A stretch of DNA of 64,000 bases from a virus: IMG/VR virus record IMGVR_UViG_3300030099_008323, positions 122,104 to 186,103 of that record, one strand, 5' to 3'. Position 1 is the first letter of the stretch; every line of letters starts with the position of its first letter. Below, in pieces: positions 1 to 10,673 of the stretch. The notes below the pieces were generated by a model. The model worked only from the letters and a program-made list of their open reading frames with translations. It was not told the origin of the DNA and searched no databases. The position numbers were made by a program, and so were the translations under genes.

Positions 1-930
1 ATTTGTACAAACATAAACATGGCCGTCTGCGCCAACGCAGGGTTGGATTTGCGATCCTAAACATTTTTTATAGTTTCTTCCATATAGAGATGGATCATTT
101 TCTAAATCTTGCAGCTTGTACCCATTAATTTGATATTTATCCCCTAATATTTCTTTAGCCTGCTTGAGCAAGGGCTCTACCTCTGTATTCCAAAAATCAA
201 TCTCTCTTTGTACACCCTCTTCTCTTTCACGATTCACAACCTCGGGTTTAAACTGGCAGTAGTCAACATCAAATTTACTAAAGTATTTAGCAAAATCTAC
301 AATCTCACTATAGGTGTCAGGAGTTATAACAAAACCAACACCTATAGTTATTTTTTTACCTTTATTATTATTAATTTGTACTAGTTTAGCTAAGTTATCA
401 GACATCTTTTGCCAGCCTTGATTTTTTCTAGCTCTTCTAACTGAATTATATGTTTCTGGGGTTCCAGCATCAATCGAAAAGCGCACCCAAGTCATATTTT
501 CAACAAATGTATCAAATAGATCCCACCTGTCAAGTAAAACACCGTTAGTGAAAATACCCATTTTAACAGAATTAGCTCCTAAAAATTGAATAGCCTCTTT
601 CAAATGTCTATTAAGTGTTGGTTCTCCGCCGCCGGTCCAATTTACTGCCCTAACTTTCATGTCAACAAAGTCTCTGCAAAGATCCATTAGGACCTTGCGG
701 GGCATAATTGATCGATCAAAAGTTTCTAAATTTTTTGATTCTGGAAGGTGTATATACGAGGATATACAAAAATAGCATCCGTGATTGCATGCATTGCTAG
801 GATCAACCTCCACTAAAACAGGATTTGAATAGCCTGTTTCTAAATGTTCTAAAGCTCTGTCGACATTAGCGATTATCTTTGCTTGGGGGTTGAAAATAAG
901 AGAATCATTTAATAAATCTTCAATTTTCAT
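1..930 (-). CDS. Radical SAM/SPASM-type protein (partial, runs off the left edge)
   Basis: Manual translation from ATG at 930: MKIEDLLNDS...DPSNACNHGCYFCIS (CxxxCxxC), later GGGEPT and ...QPCVGADGHVYVCTN; absent from the ORF track because truncated. Confidence 0.8.
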   Translation of the reverse strand, partial: MKIEDLLNDSLIFNPQAKIIANVDRALEHLETGYSNPVLVEVDPSNACNHGCYFCISSYIHLPESKNLETFDRSIMPRKVLMDLCRDFVDMKVRAVNWTGGGEPTLNRHLKEAIQFLGANSVKMGIFTNGVLLDRWDLFDTFVENMTWVRFSIDAGTPETYNSVRRARKNQGWQKMSDNLAKLVQINNNKGKKITIGVGFVITPDTYSEIVDFAKYFSKFDVDYCQFKPEVVNREREEGVQREIDFWNTEVEPLLKQAKEILGDKYQINGYKLQDLENDPSLYGRNYKKCLGSQIQPCVGADGHVYVCTN

Positions 931-1834
931 TTTTATTTTTTAGCCACTTTAAAAAATATTCGGTAGGATCTTTAAAATATTCACGTATCACGTCGTCAAA
1001 ATATCTTTTAGCTTTTTCAGCTCTTTGTTCCAACAATTTGTGGGGTATATTATTTATCTCCTGAAGACATTCTTTAATATATTCTGGGCTATTATCCTCC
1101 TTACATATTCTATAAACAAAACTAGTATCGTAAGTATCTTCACCAACTAAAAAATAATCATAATCTGATATTAATATTGGTACCCTATTATAATAGCAGC
1201 TCTCTAGCAACCTTACACTATCAATTCCAGATCCCCTAGGACACAAAGATATGCTACTTTGCAACATAGTATCGATGTAATCTTTTTGTACCTTTGATCC
1301 AATTTCAGATGGACCAGACCAAGTCCTATTGATATGAAGATTCTTATCTAAATCTGAATGATGAAGTGCATGGACCATCATTGCTCTAACAATATGATTT
1401 AAATATCCACGAAAACCAAAACTTTTTTTCCTGGGAAACTCATACTGTTCATTTTGATTATCAATAATATCCAATAAAAGATGAGAAAAAGTTGGTCTGG
1501 CAAAAAGATATTTAATATCTGAGTAAATCTTAAGTGGACCCATAGTTGTGATGATACAATTGTGAAGCCAATTAGGTATTTGCATTCCACCTTCACCTTC
1601 TATATCACATATATGCTTATCTTCATTTCCGTCAAAATATTCAAAATCAGATTTTTTAAAATTTTGATATTGATCATTGGGGATCTGTCCCATATAAAAA
1701 TAATCAGCTTCTTCCGGGCTGACTATTGTACAATGATCTCTAATTCCTTGCTCACTTAATGGCACCGTATTATAATAGATTTTAGTATCATCATGCACAT
1801 GTTTTTTTGCATTAGGATATACGTATAATTTCAT
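920..1834 (-). CDS. Exostosin-like (GT47) glycosyltransferase
   Basis: C-terminal SLCPRGSGIDSVRLLES...VPILISD motif typical of the exostosin family. Confidence 0.7.
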   Translation of the reverse strand: MKLYVYPNAKKHVHDDTKIYYNTVPLSEQGIRDHCTIVSPEEADYFYMGQIPNDQYQNFKKSDFEYFDGNEDKHICDIEGEGGMQIPNWLHNCIITTMGPLKIYSDIKYLFARPTFSHLLLDIIDNQNEQYEFPRKKSFGFRGYLNHIVRAMMVHALHHSDLDKNLHINRTWSGPSEIGSKVQKDYIDTMLQSSISLCPRGSGIDSVRLLESCYYNRVPILISDYDYFLVGEDTYDTSFVYRICKEDNSPEYIKECLQEINNIPHKLLEQRAEKAKRYFDDVIREYFKDPTEYFLKWLKNKNEN

Positions 1835-1836
1835 AT

Positions 1837-3705
1837 TTATTCCATCGATTCGCTAACATTAAAAATACTAGGCATTGGTGGATCCTCAGAAATAGGCAGA
1901 GGCTCTACAATCATATTTTCATAAAATTCTTCTCTAGGAAGATAAGGGTACATATCCTCTACTGGAGTACTCCAGCCAACTATTTTTGGCTCATATGTAT
2001 GGTATTCATGGCAATTAACGTCACAAACCATTGGGCCATCAAACTCTAGAAATTGTCTTATCTTGTCTCTAACTTGTTCATATGTATCCTCTCCAGTTAT
2101 AGTCATTGTAGGTACTCCATATGCGTCTGCAATTGCAATGAAGTTTGGCGGCGCATATCCTTTTGGGCCACATGCTTCACTTCTTCCTTCAAAGTTGACT
2201 TCTTGAAATGCTTTCGTAATTCCGTATATATGATTATTTAAAATAACTGTTTTAAGCTTAATATTGTAATTTAAAAGAGTCTGAAGCTCTTGAATATTCA
2301 TATTAAACCCACCGTCTCCAATAACACAAACAACATTTTGATCTTCGCTAGCAGCGAATACGCCTCCCATTGCTCCAGCAAAAGAAAAGCCCATAGGTGA
2401 ATTTCCGTTATTTGTATAATATCTTTGACCGGTCTTTGTTTTAAAAGCGTGGTTCAACACAACAATATTACCGCCACAGTCTCCTACCAACACATCATTG
2501 GATTTCATTTCCTCTGACAATATTCTTGCAAAAGCATATGGATGAACAGAGTCACCCTCCTTAAACATATCTTCCGTGACAGGATCATACTTCTCCTTCC
2601 AATCTTTTACTTTAGTCATCCACTTAGAGAAGTCTGGCAAATAAGAGCCGGCAGTAGAGTTATTGCAATATGCTAGCCTTTCTCTTAAGAGCTTTATAAA
2701 AAGCTTAGCATCTGAATGAATACACTCATCGAATGGAAGCTGCTGCCATTTTTTAACTAAATTAGCTTTGTCAATGTCAACCATATATTTTTTTGCTTCT
2801 CTAGCAAAAGTACTAGGCTCACCGCCAGTTATCCTACCAGATATTCTACTTCCAATAGCTAATATTAAATCAGAATTCTGTATACCAAAATTTCTTCCAG
2901 CGCCGCCGTATGTGCCGATTCTACCACCATAATATTCAAAATCAGAACAAACTATGTCAAGAGCGTTCCAAGTTGGAAAACAGGGTATCTGTAGTTCTCT
3001 AGCTAACTCCATAAAATCTTCATTTGCATCAGCAAGGCCCACGCCTGCTCCAATCATCAAGCAAGGCCTTTCAGAGTTTTTTAAATCTTCTATAAACTTA
3101 TCAATCTGAAAATTAATCTTGTCGACATTAAAAACTGGCTGGTTAATCTCTTTGTTGTAAGACCTAAGAGAATCAACCTCAACTTCCATTTTTGCCACAT
3201 CAATTGGTAAATCAATTAGTACAGGGCCCGGTCGTCCAGTAGTTGCAATGTGAATTGCCTTTTCCAGCTCATACCTGATGTCCTCTGGGTTTTCTACTAG
3301 TTTAGCATATTTTGTAATTGGTTCTACAATACTGACTATATCAGTCTCTTGAAATCCTATTTGCCTAATTGACTCATCAGGTCGCATGTATTGCGTCTTG
3401 ATTTGACCAGTGATAAATACACATGGAACTGTATCATAAAAACAATTGCCAATTGGTGTTACAAAGTTCATACCACCAGGACCACTGGTTGCAATAGACA
3501 CGCCATATTTTCCAGAAACCTTTGCATAGCCCTCTGCGGCAAAGCCACCAGCTTGCTCATGCATAACAGCAATATATCTGGTTTTATCATTTCTGGTGAA
3601 CGCATCAATCAAATGACCATTAGCTGCTCCATAAACTACAAAAACTTCTTTTATACCATCTTCTGCTAAGTGATCAATAACATAATCAGCAACTTTTTTT
3701 TTCAT
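1837..3705 (-). CDS. Thiamine-diphosphate-dependent enzyme, acetolactate-synthase-like (YerE-type candidate)
   Basis: MHEQAGGFAAEGYAK, TSGPGGMN, GRPGPVLIDLP and the ThDP motif GDGG...NN. Confidence 0.9.
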   Translation of the reverse strand: MKKKVADYVIDHLAEDGIKEVFVVYGAANGHLIDAFTRNDKTRYIAVMHEQAGGFAAEGYAKVSGKYGVSIATSGPGGMNFVTPIGNCFYDTVPCVFITGQIKTQYMRPDESIRQIGFQETDIVSIVEPITKYAKLVENPEDIRYELEKAIHIATTGRPGPVLIDLPIDVAKMEVEVDSLRSYNKEINQPVFNVDKINFQIDKFIEDLKNSERPCLMIGAGVGLADANEDFMELARELQIPCFPTWNALDIVCSDFEYYGGRIGTYGGAGRNFGIQNSDLILAIGSRISGRITGGEPSTFAREAKKYMVDIDKANLVKKWQQLPFDECIHSDAKLFIKLLRERLAYCNNSTAGSYLPDFSKWMTKVKDWKEKYDPVTEDMFKEGDSVHPYAFARILSEEMKSNDVLVGDCGGNIVVLNHAFKTKTGQRYYTNNGNSPMGFSFAGAMGGVFAASEDQNVVCVIGDGGFNMNIQELQTLLNYNIKLKTVILNNHIYGITKAFQEVNFEGRSEACGPKGYAPPNFIAIADAYGVPTMTITGEDTYEQVRDKIRQFLEFDGPMVCDVNCHEYHTYEPKIVGWSTPVEDMYPYLPREEFYENMIVEPLPISEDPPMPSIFNVSESME

Positions 3706-3784
3706 TTATTCCTCTATTGTATACCATGCATCATTATAAGCTCTTTTTTAAAATGCTTAAATTCTTCCGCGTCAAATTTTTTAT

Positions 3785-4723
3785 CTACTTTTTTTTTACT
3801 GTAGTTGTTTCAGGGGTGGCGCTATGATTCGTTGGAAAGCCCTGATCAGTCTCATAAACAACCTCATCGTGCTTCCAATTACCACCACCTAAGAGCTTCT
3901 CTAGTTCTTCCTCTTTAATAGCATAAAAGTTCTCTTCTGAGGGAAACTCACCAGACCTAACCTCCTCTGCATACTTAGTTAAAGCAGATTGCATCATCTG
4001 GCCGGCCTCACAATATCTTTTAACAAACTTTGATTTAAATTCCCAAAACAAACCCATTAGATCATGAAAGATTACTAATTGGCCATCAACTTTATCTCCT
4101 GCGCCAATACCATAAACAGGAATATTAAGCTCGCTAGCAATCATATCAGCTGACTCGCGGGGCATGCCCTCTAACAATAGAAAAGAGCAGCCGGCTTCTT
4201 GTAGTTCTAGAGCTTGCTGGAGGATAATTTCAGCTTGTTTAGCTGTTTTTCCCTGCACTCTATAGCCGCCTAGCTTTGCTCTGGTGTGAGGTGTAAGGCC
4301 TAAGTGGCTCATAACCATAATACCAGCATCTGCAATTGCTCTAATTCTCTCAGTCATTGCACCTTCGACTTTAACACAGTCCATACCAGCTCGAACAAAA
4401 CGACCAGCATTATGAACTGCTTCTTCATTAGATATCTGATATGACATATAAGGCATATCACCAATTAAAAATGCGTTTTTAGCACCTTTCGAGACTGCCT
4501 CACACGAACTAATCATTTGGTCCATACTAACAGGAATAGTTGTCTTATAACCTAATGTAGTCATGCCCAAAGAGTCGCCTACCAAAATACAGTCTACACC
4601 TGCACCATCAGCGATTCTAGCTTGCGGGTAATCATAAGCTGTAGTAAGAACAGTTTTTGTATTTTCTCTCTTGTGTCTTCTCAATCTGAGAATAGTTACT
4701 TTATTTTTATCATCTGCTGGCAT
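3785..4723 (-). CDS. panB: 3-methyl-2-oxobutanoate hydroxymethyltransferase
   Basis: TAYDY, ILVGDSLGM, DMPYMSY, VKVEG, HLGLTP, GGYRVQGK, GIGAG..DGQ..HD.GL are canonical PanB motifs. Confidence 0.93.
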   Translation of the reverse strand: MPADDKNKVTILRLRRHKRENTKTVLTTAYDYPQARIADGAGVDCILVGDSLGMTTLGYKTTIPVSMDQMISSCEAVSKGAKNAFLIGDMPYMSYQISNEEAVHNAGRFVRAGMDCVKVEGAMTERIRAIADAGIMVMSHLGLTPHTRAKLGGYRVQGKTAKQAEIILQQALELQEAGCSFLLLEGMPRESADMIASELNIPVYGIGAGDKVDGQLVIFHDLMGLFWEFKSKFVKRYCEAGQMMQSALTKYAEEVRSGEFPSEENFYAIKEEELEKLLGGGNWKHDEVVYETDQGFPTNHSATPETTTVKKK

Positions 4724-4724
4724 T

Positions 4725-6278
4725 TTAATCTCCTAAAATTTTTCTTTTGAGACTTATTTTAGCAGTCTCAATAACGTTTTGTTCAGCTCTTTTTCCAAAT
4801 TTTTCTCTTAAAAGCTGTAAGTATTTTGGATTAGTATGGTATTTTGTCCAGGCTTCATCTCGAAACTTTAAAATTTGTGCAGCCGTAAGACTATCTGTTG
4901 GTAAATTTTGTGTATCGTAAGAATGCTGACTGTAACCAGTATAACTATCCGGCAATTTCATGCCCTTACTTTTTGCTTGTATATATAAAGGACTACCTGG
5001 GTATGCCATAGCTGTATAAAAATTAACCATTTCTGTATTTGACTCCATGGCGAAGTTTAGCGTATATTCTAAAGACTCCATAGTGTCCATAGGTAATCCA
5101 AAAATATAATTTGCCGCTATGTTTATTCCAGATGATCTCATGTTGTCCATTATATCACCAATCTTAACATCTTTAAAGTTATCTTTATGAACTTCTTTAC
5201 GTAAGATTTGGTCTGGATTTTCTATGCCTAGGCCGAGCCAATTAACTCCTGCCTTTTTAAGAGTGTCCAGGTATTTTGGCTTGCAGGTATCAATCCTAGA
5301 ATATGCCCAAATATTAAAATCATATTGTCTCTCTATAATCATTTGACATATTTTTTCAAAATGACGAGGGTTTAAAACAAAAAGTTCATCTGCGATCTTA
5401 ACGTTTTTAACACCTAGGCTTGCAATATAATCAAATTGATTAATTATAAATTCAGGTGACCAATACCTCCATACGTTACTTTTATCGCTAGCTACTCCAA
5501 TTGATGAGTCTGTTCTGTTGATGATGTTAATCATGCAGAAAGAGCATTTATATGGACAACCTAAACTGGTATACAAAGCAGCAAAAGGCTCTTTCTCTGT
5601 ATTGTTGGACCATGAATGCCATCCTGCTGTTCTGTACTTTTTTATATCAGGGAGCAAATCCCATGCCATTCCTGGTAAATCTACTTCAAGTTTATTCTTG
5701 GGCACTATTGATTGTGGCTTGTTTAAAACGATGCCTTCTTCTGTCTTGTATCCCAGGCCATCTACTTTTTTTAGCTGCACTTCATCAGAAAAATTAGTTA
5801 CTTGAAGAAAATTACTTATTGTATATACACCTTCATTTTGACATATATAGTCAACACAGCTCTCTGATAAGACTTCTCTTGGTAGCGCTGCGACGTGGCC
5901 GCCGACGAAGAGCACATTTGTATTGGGGCTAATTTTTTTTAATTCTTGAGCTGTAGCAATTGCACCCTCCATATTTTGAGTAGATGCACTAGGCTGCTGA
6001 CCATACACAACAAAACAAACAACTCTCGAATTAATATCTTTAATTTGTTGTGCTGCTGACAAATAATCTAATCTTTCAGCTTCGCAGTCTAATATAGCTA
6101 CACCAAAACCTTTTATACGACAATGGTTGGCTAACATCGCAGCCCAAATTGGAGGCTCAATAGCAGAGTGTTTGTTGCTCAGATCTTGATATATCGCCTT
6201 TGAGGCATTTGGGTGCACAAATAATATGTCTAAATTTCTCATATTCATCTTAATAGTTTGCATACCAAGGGCTTTCAA
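4725..6278 (-). CDS. B12-binding (class B) radical SAM protein
   Basis: N-terminal cobalamin-binding-like domain (GGHVAALP), TSLGCPYKCSFC, DELF, YIFGLP. Confidence 0.85.
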   Translation of the reverse strand: MKALGMQTIKMNMRNLDILFVHPNASKAIYQDLSNKHSAIEPPIWAAMLANHCRIKGFGVAILDCEAERLDYLSAAQQIKDINSRVVCFVVYGQQPSASTQNMEGAIATAQELKKISPNTNVLFVGGHVAALPREVLSESCVDYICQNEGVYTISNFLQVTNFSDEVQLKKVDGLGYKTEEGIVLNKPQSIVPKNKLEVDLPGMAWDLLPDIKKYRTAGWHSWSNNTEKEPFAALYTSLGCPYKCSFCMINIINRTDSSIGVASDKSNVWRYWSPEFIINQFDYIASLGVKNVKIADELFVLNPRHFEKICQMIIERQYDFNIWAYSRIDTCKPKYLDTLKKAGVNWLGLGIENPDQILRKEVHKDNFKDVKIGDIMDNMRSSGINIAANYIFGLPMDTMESLEYTLNFAMESNTEMVNFYTAMAYPGSPLYIQAKSKGMKLPDSYTGYSQHSYDTQNLPTDSLTAAQILKFRDEAWTKYHTNPKYLQLLREKFGKRAEQNVIETAKISLKRKILGD

Positions 6279-7176
6279 TTAGTGAAAAAGCTTTTTTAAG
6301 TTGTACGATTCCGCCGTCTAAGTCAAACCTACAATTAAATCCTTTATCATAAAATTTCTGACTGCTAACAATATAATCTCTGGTATCCGGATCACTATTG
6401 AACTCAGCCTTCATAATTTCTATAGGAATGTATTTTGAAACTTTTTCTGCTAACTGAAGTTTATTCATATTAATAGAATCGTTGCCAACATTATAAGTTT
6501 CGTTTTTACATTCTTCCCAATTGTCAACTACAAATTTAAATGCTGAACAAACATCATGAATGTGAACATAATTTCTCATGAACTCACACTCATATAAAAC
6601 TAAAAGTCTATCTCTAAGAGCACGCAAAACAAAATTATTGACTAGTAGATCTGATCTCATTCTAGAACTAGGCCCAAAAACAGTTGCCAATCTAAATGTC
6701 ACATAATTTTCTACACCCATAAAGGCCTTTTCTGCATCGACTTTTGTCGTACCATAGAGAGTCAAAGGATTGAGTGGTGATTCCTCAGTACAAACTCCAT
6801 CACTTTTTGATCCATATCCAGAATTTGTGCAAGGATAAACAACCATTTGATGTTTAGACTTATTCTCTGCCAACCAAACATTTGCATCTAAATTTATTTC
6901 TTTTGCATCTCTTGGATTATCTCTGCACAAAGGAAACCCAACCAAAGCGGCCAAGGGTATTATTACATCTGCACGGGAAACTAACTTTTCTAAACGTTTA
7001 TAGTCTCTAACATCCCCGCGCTCGAAAACAAAATTAGTATGGTTGGTATATCTCAATAGGGACGTAGCATCATACATTAAATTATCATATACTACAACTC
7101 TGTGCCCGTCTTTTAAAAAATAATCAACTAGCTCGCTGCCAATATATCCTGCTCCACCAGTTATCAATATATTCAT
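6250..7176 (-). CDS. NAD-dependent nucleotide-sugar epimerase/dehydratase
   Basis: MNILITGGAGYIGS, YGTTK (YxxxK), FRLATVFG; start placed at the second Met. Confidence 0.9.
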   Translation of the reverse strand: MNILITGGAGYIGSELVDYFLKDGHRVVVYDNLMYDATSLLRYTNHTNFVFERGDVRDYKRLEKLVSRADVIIPLAALVGFPLCRDNPRDAKEINLDANVWLAENKSKHQMVVYPCTNSGYGSKSDGVCTEESPLNPLTLYGTTKVDAEKAFMGVENYVTFRLATVFGPSSRMRSDLLVNNFVLRALRDRLLVLYECEFMRNYVHIHDVCSAFKFVVDNWEECKNETYNVGNDSINMNKLQLAEKVSKYIPIEIMKAEFNSDPDTRDYIVSSQKFYDKGFNCRFDLDGGIVQLKKAFSLIESPWYANY

Positions 7177-7177
7177 C

Positions 7178-7762
7178 TTAAACCTCTTTTCTTGCAACTA
7201 CTCTTATTATTACTGGATCTTGATCTTTATATACAGCTAAATTTGTTGCTTCCTTATAATAACAAATTTCAAATTGATTTTGAAGTAGTTTTTTAATAAA
7301 GTTAGACCCATTAATTGTTCTTCTATAATGGTCATCAATAAAAGAATTATCTTTGTCTGATCTAAATTCAAAAGCAATATAATTAGAAAATTGCAATATT
7401 TGATCTTCTATATCTTCAGTTACAGAGTGAATACCAAAGCGACAATATACAAGATCATAGTTACTAGGCTTTTTAAATTTTAAAAAATCATTTATATCTG
7501 ATTTTATAAAAGTTATGTTTTTACTTGAAGTTATTGTTGAGGCATAATCAACTGCAGTAATAGAGCTACAATGGTGTCCTAACACAAAAGTATCTCTACC
7601 ATCACCGCAACACAACTCAAGCACTCTCATGTTTGTTAAATCAATTGTATCACAGACAAACTTACAAAAGGAAGAAGACAACGTAAATGCTGCCGTCTCA
7701 CTATAATATTTTTTCCAATATTTATTTGGGTTGTTGCCAATCTTTTCCATAATATCTCTCAA
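7178..7762 (-). CDS. Class I SAM-dependent methyltransferase
   Basis: VLELCCGDGRD motif I, AVDY, YCRF..H. Confidence 0.7.
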   Translation of the reverse strand: MRDIMEKIGNNPNKYWKKYYSETAAFTLSSSFCKFVCDTIDLTNMRVLELCCGDGRDTFVLGHHCSSITAVDYASTITSSKNITFIKSDINDFLKFKKPSNYDLVYCRFGIHSVTEDIEDQILQFSNYIAFEFRSDKDNSFIDDHYRRTINGSNFIKKLLQNQFEICYYKEATNLAVYKDQDPVIIRVVARKEV

Positions 7763-8360
7763 AAAATTTAATAGGTTTATTAATACATTTAAAGTTTTTT
7801 TGTTTGAAATTAATTGTTTTCATAGGGAACATTTCATCTTTTTTAAGATTATAAAAACTTCTGTGTCCCTGTTGTAAAAAATCACTTTCTGGTAAATTCT
7901 CATACTCATAAAGATCAATAAAAACATCTTCTTTAACAACAGAATATAAATTTGAAAACTCATTTCTTATTAGTTTATAGCCATTAGTGTTGTGTAAGTA
8001 ATCTAATTTTTGTATTACTTTATGTTCATCTTTTTTAAAATAACCAAAATCAACATCCTCATCATGCTTAATCAAATCATCATCTCTTATCATTCCTAAT
8101 AAAGTACCAAACATTGGCCAAATATCAATATCTTTCGAAAAATAATCGTAAAACTCAAACATAATTTCTAACGCATGTTCGCGAAAACCATCATTGCTAA
8201 AGTTTTTAAAATTTCTTCTATCTAGATGTATTTTATAAATGGTACCAACTGATTTTAGCTTTCCCTGTAGATCGCACCCCTCATAAAGCATATGTCGACA
8301 TATTGATTTTGTGCGCCATGTATGTGCTGGGTCTCTACCAGATATCTCTTCATCACTCAT
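7722..8360 (-). CDS. LicD-family phosphotransferase/nucleotidyltransferase
   Basis: FGTLLGMIRDDDLIKHDEDVD, FIDLY, C-terminal RYYGKDWQQP. Confidence 0.8.
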   Translation of the reverse strand: MSDEEISGRDPAHTWRTKSICRHMLYEGCDLQGKLKSVGTIYKIHLDRRNFKNFSNDGFREHALEIMFEFYDYFSKDIDIWPMFGTLLGMIRDDDLIKHDEDVDFGYFKKDEHKVIQKLDYLHNTNGYKLIRNEFSNLYSVVKEDVFIDLYEYENLPESDFLQQGHRSFYNLKKDEMFPMKTINFKQKNFKCINKPIKFFERYYGKDWQQPK

Positions 8361-8647
8361 CTAATAATCCTTCCCAATATCCAATCTCTAAACATCAACA
8401 TATCGCTTAATTTAGCCATAATAGGACTAGAAAATGCGGCCGGCTTATTCTTCTCAAAGAAATAATGTCCCGTCCAAGCAAAAGGATAAACAACAAATGG
8501 TATCAAAGGAAATAGATACCACATCCAATTATATAGAACATATAGTGTGAAAATTATAGTAGTTAATTGACCAGCGACATGCAGACGTCGATTCCACACA
8601 TTTGTGTGCAAAGTTAAATAATATTTGTAATATTCTGTCAATTTCAC
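8357..8647 (-). CDS. DUF962/Mpo1-like membrane protein
   Basis: YY..YLTLH...NRRLH..G, AWTGHYFFEKNKPA pattern; two hydrophobic segments. Confidence 0.75.
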   Translation of the reverse strand: MKLTEYYKYYLTLHTNVWNRRLHVAGQLTTIIFTLYVLYNWMWYLFPLIPFVVYPFAWTGHYFFEKNKPAAFSSPIMAKLSDMLMFRDWILGRIIR

Positions 8648-9045
8648 CAGCTAATCTCCCAGTCCTCAAACTCAGCTGCTAAACAATCAATTTTATAATC
8701 TTTTCTGCCGCCGGCTACTTCTTGAATTTTATTTTTTGCTGTATTCCTAATACCGTTCAAGCCATGAGTTAATTCTAAATTATTACCATCTTTAATTCCT
8801 TTTCTATAATTTGATTCATTATGCCAGATATGTAAATTCATTTGCGATAATACGACAATAGCTCTTACAAACTCACCATCAACACCATCTGATTTCGGCA
8901 ATAATGTATTGATGTCATGAACTATATCTTTAATTTCCTGTGCATATTCATCTTTATGTTCAGGAATAAAAACTTCCTTTAATTGCACGATTGATAATCT
9001 ATCAATCAACTCAGATAAAGTAGGCAAATATTTTCTACTACTCAT
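8644..9045 (-). CDS. Conserved hypothetical helical protein
   Basis: 133 aa, coupled to neighbours; LSELIDRLSI.QLK motif. Confidence 0.55.
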   Translation of the reverse strand: MSSRKYLPTLSELIDRLSIVQLKEVFIPEHKDEYAQEIKDIVHDINTLLPKSDGVDGEFVRAIVVLSQMNLHIWHNESNYRKGIKDGNNLELTHGLNGIRNTAKNKIQEVAGGRKDYKIDCLAAEFEDWEISW

Positions 9046-9053
9046 TTTTTCTC

Positions 9054-10673
9054 CTAGGTGAATTGTCTAAAATATGGATCGTATACTTTAAAATTATTTC
9101 CAAATAAATGTTTATACTTATAAAATATTCTTGATTCTTCTTTTAATTGTTCAATATTATTTTCTTTTTGAGATCTGCCGCCTGTTAGATAAAGACCAAC
9201 GATCTTATTCAATTTTTTAAATTCAAAGCCACTGTCAACTGCCCTGAGCCACATATCCCAATCATCTGCAAAATTACAGTCCTCTTCATCAAAAAAACCA
9301 CATTCATCATGAATTTGCATTTTCCATAGTGGCATTGGCCCTGGTAGACATTTTACCATATTTTGTTTAGAAAATTCATATGTAGAGTGGTCAAAAAGCA
9401 CTTTTTTATTCTTAGCTTCATCAAAAGTTTCATTTTCGTTAATAGTTTGTGCAACATCGCCATATACCAAATCCACTTTACTACTTTGTAATTCATTATA
9501 AAGATTTTCAATACAATCTTTACTTTTTCTATCATCAATAAATCCAAAAGTGACGTACTCAGTATTAACTTTCTGTAATGCCATGTTAAAACAAGGAGTT
9601 GGTGGAAGCTTTTCATCAATGCGATAATACCTTATATTATCATTTTTTTCTGTAAATTCTTTAACTATTTCTTGCTCTCTACCAGGAGAGTTCGAATCGA
9701 TTATAATAAGCTCACACTGATCAAAAATGGTCTGCTCAGTTATATTCTCTAAAAATCCACGAAGAAATTTTTCGCCTTCATAGTATGTTGTGACAATGGA
9801 TATTTTCTTTTTTTGTTTTTCTTTTTTAGCCTCAATTAGTTTGATAACAGTATCAAATATTTCTTTTCTTTTATTAATCATATAATCAATCAAAGCAGGT
9901 CCTTTAAGAGAAAACCATGGCTCATGAGAAGCACCAACTAATGAATTAGTAATCACATTAATTCCCAGCATTCGAGCCTCGACAACTAACCTAGATAAAG
10001 TTTCTGGCGTTCTTGGTATAAAAACTAGCTTATTATTCTTACTTAATTTTTTTAGAAAATCATTATAATTCTCACTTTGTATCATTTCATATTCTATGTT
10101 GTTTTTTTGACAATATTGTGAAGCTCCATAAGTATTTTTATGAATAATGTTTGATTTCATCACAGAACATATATTTTTCTTTTTATTAACTGTCAGCGCG
10201 TTAATAAGAGATAAAGTCTCCATAGACCATAAATTACCAGATAAATTTACAACATTATCAATGTCTAAATTATCCTTAACAATACCTGCATGAAAAGACG
10301 ATTGAGTTAAAACTTTGATAGCATTCTTGTAAAAAGAGTGATTTCTAATATGCTTCTTGGGTACCTTAAAGTTTTTGAAAGACGCAGGGTTTCTAGTATC
10401 TACATACTTATGATCATGTTCATATATGATATATCTAGCATTCTCTTGGAGCCATTGTTTGCACTCTCTTTTCAGATTGCAAAAATTTGATATGATGAAA
10501 AAAGAATCTTTATTTTCTTGCAGTAACTCAAGATTAACTAAATGAGATTGACACTTTATTATATCATGACCATCTTCATCTAGCATCTTAATTAACTCTT
10601 CATCATTAAGTTCTCCGCCACCAACAATATGCATTAAGAAGAAATCAGAAATGTAAAATACATTTTTATTCAT
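9054..10673 (-). CDS. Two-domain glycosyltransferase (GT-B-like N-terminus + GT2 C-terminus)
   Basis: C-half ISIVTTYY...ELIIIDSNS...FGFIDD...DWDMWLR; N-half ETLSRLVVEARMLG. Confidence 0.8.
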   Translation of the reverse strand: MNKNVFYISDFFLMHIVGGGELNDEELIKMLDEDGHDIIKCQSHLVNLELLQENKDSFFIISNFCNLKRECKQWLQENARYIIYEHDHKYVDTRNPASFKNFKVPKKHIRNHSFYKNAIKVLTQSSFHAGIVKDNLDIDNVVNLSGNLWSMETLSLINALTVNKKKNICSVMKSNIIHKNTYGASQYCQKNNIEYEMIQSENYNDFLKKLSKNNKLVFIPRTPETLSRLVVEARMLGINVITNSLVGASHEPWFSLKGPALIDYMINKRKEIFDTVIKLIEAKKEKQKKKISIVTTYYEGEKFLRGFLENITEQTIFDQCELIIIDSNSPGREQEIVKEFTEKNDNIRYYRIDEKLPPTPCFNMALQKVNTEYVTFGFIDDRKSKDCIENLYNELQSSKVDLVYGDVAQTINENETFDEAKNKKVLFDHSTYEFSKQNMVKCLPGPMPLWKMQIHDECGFFDEEDCNFADDWDMWLRAVDSGFEFKKLNKIVGLYLTGGRSQKENNIEQLKEESRIFYKYKHLFGNNFKVYDPYFRQFT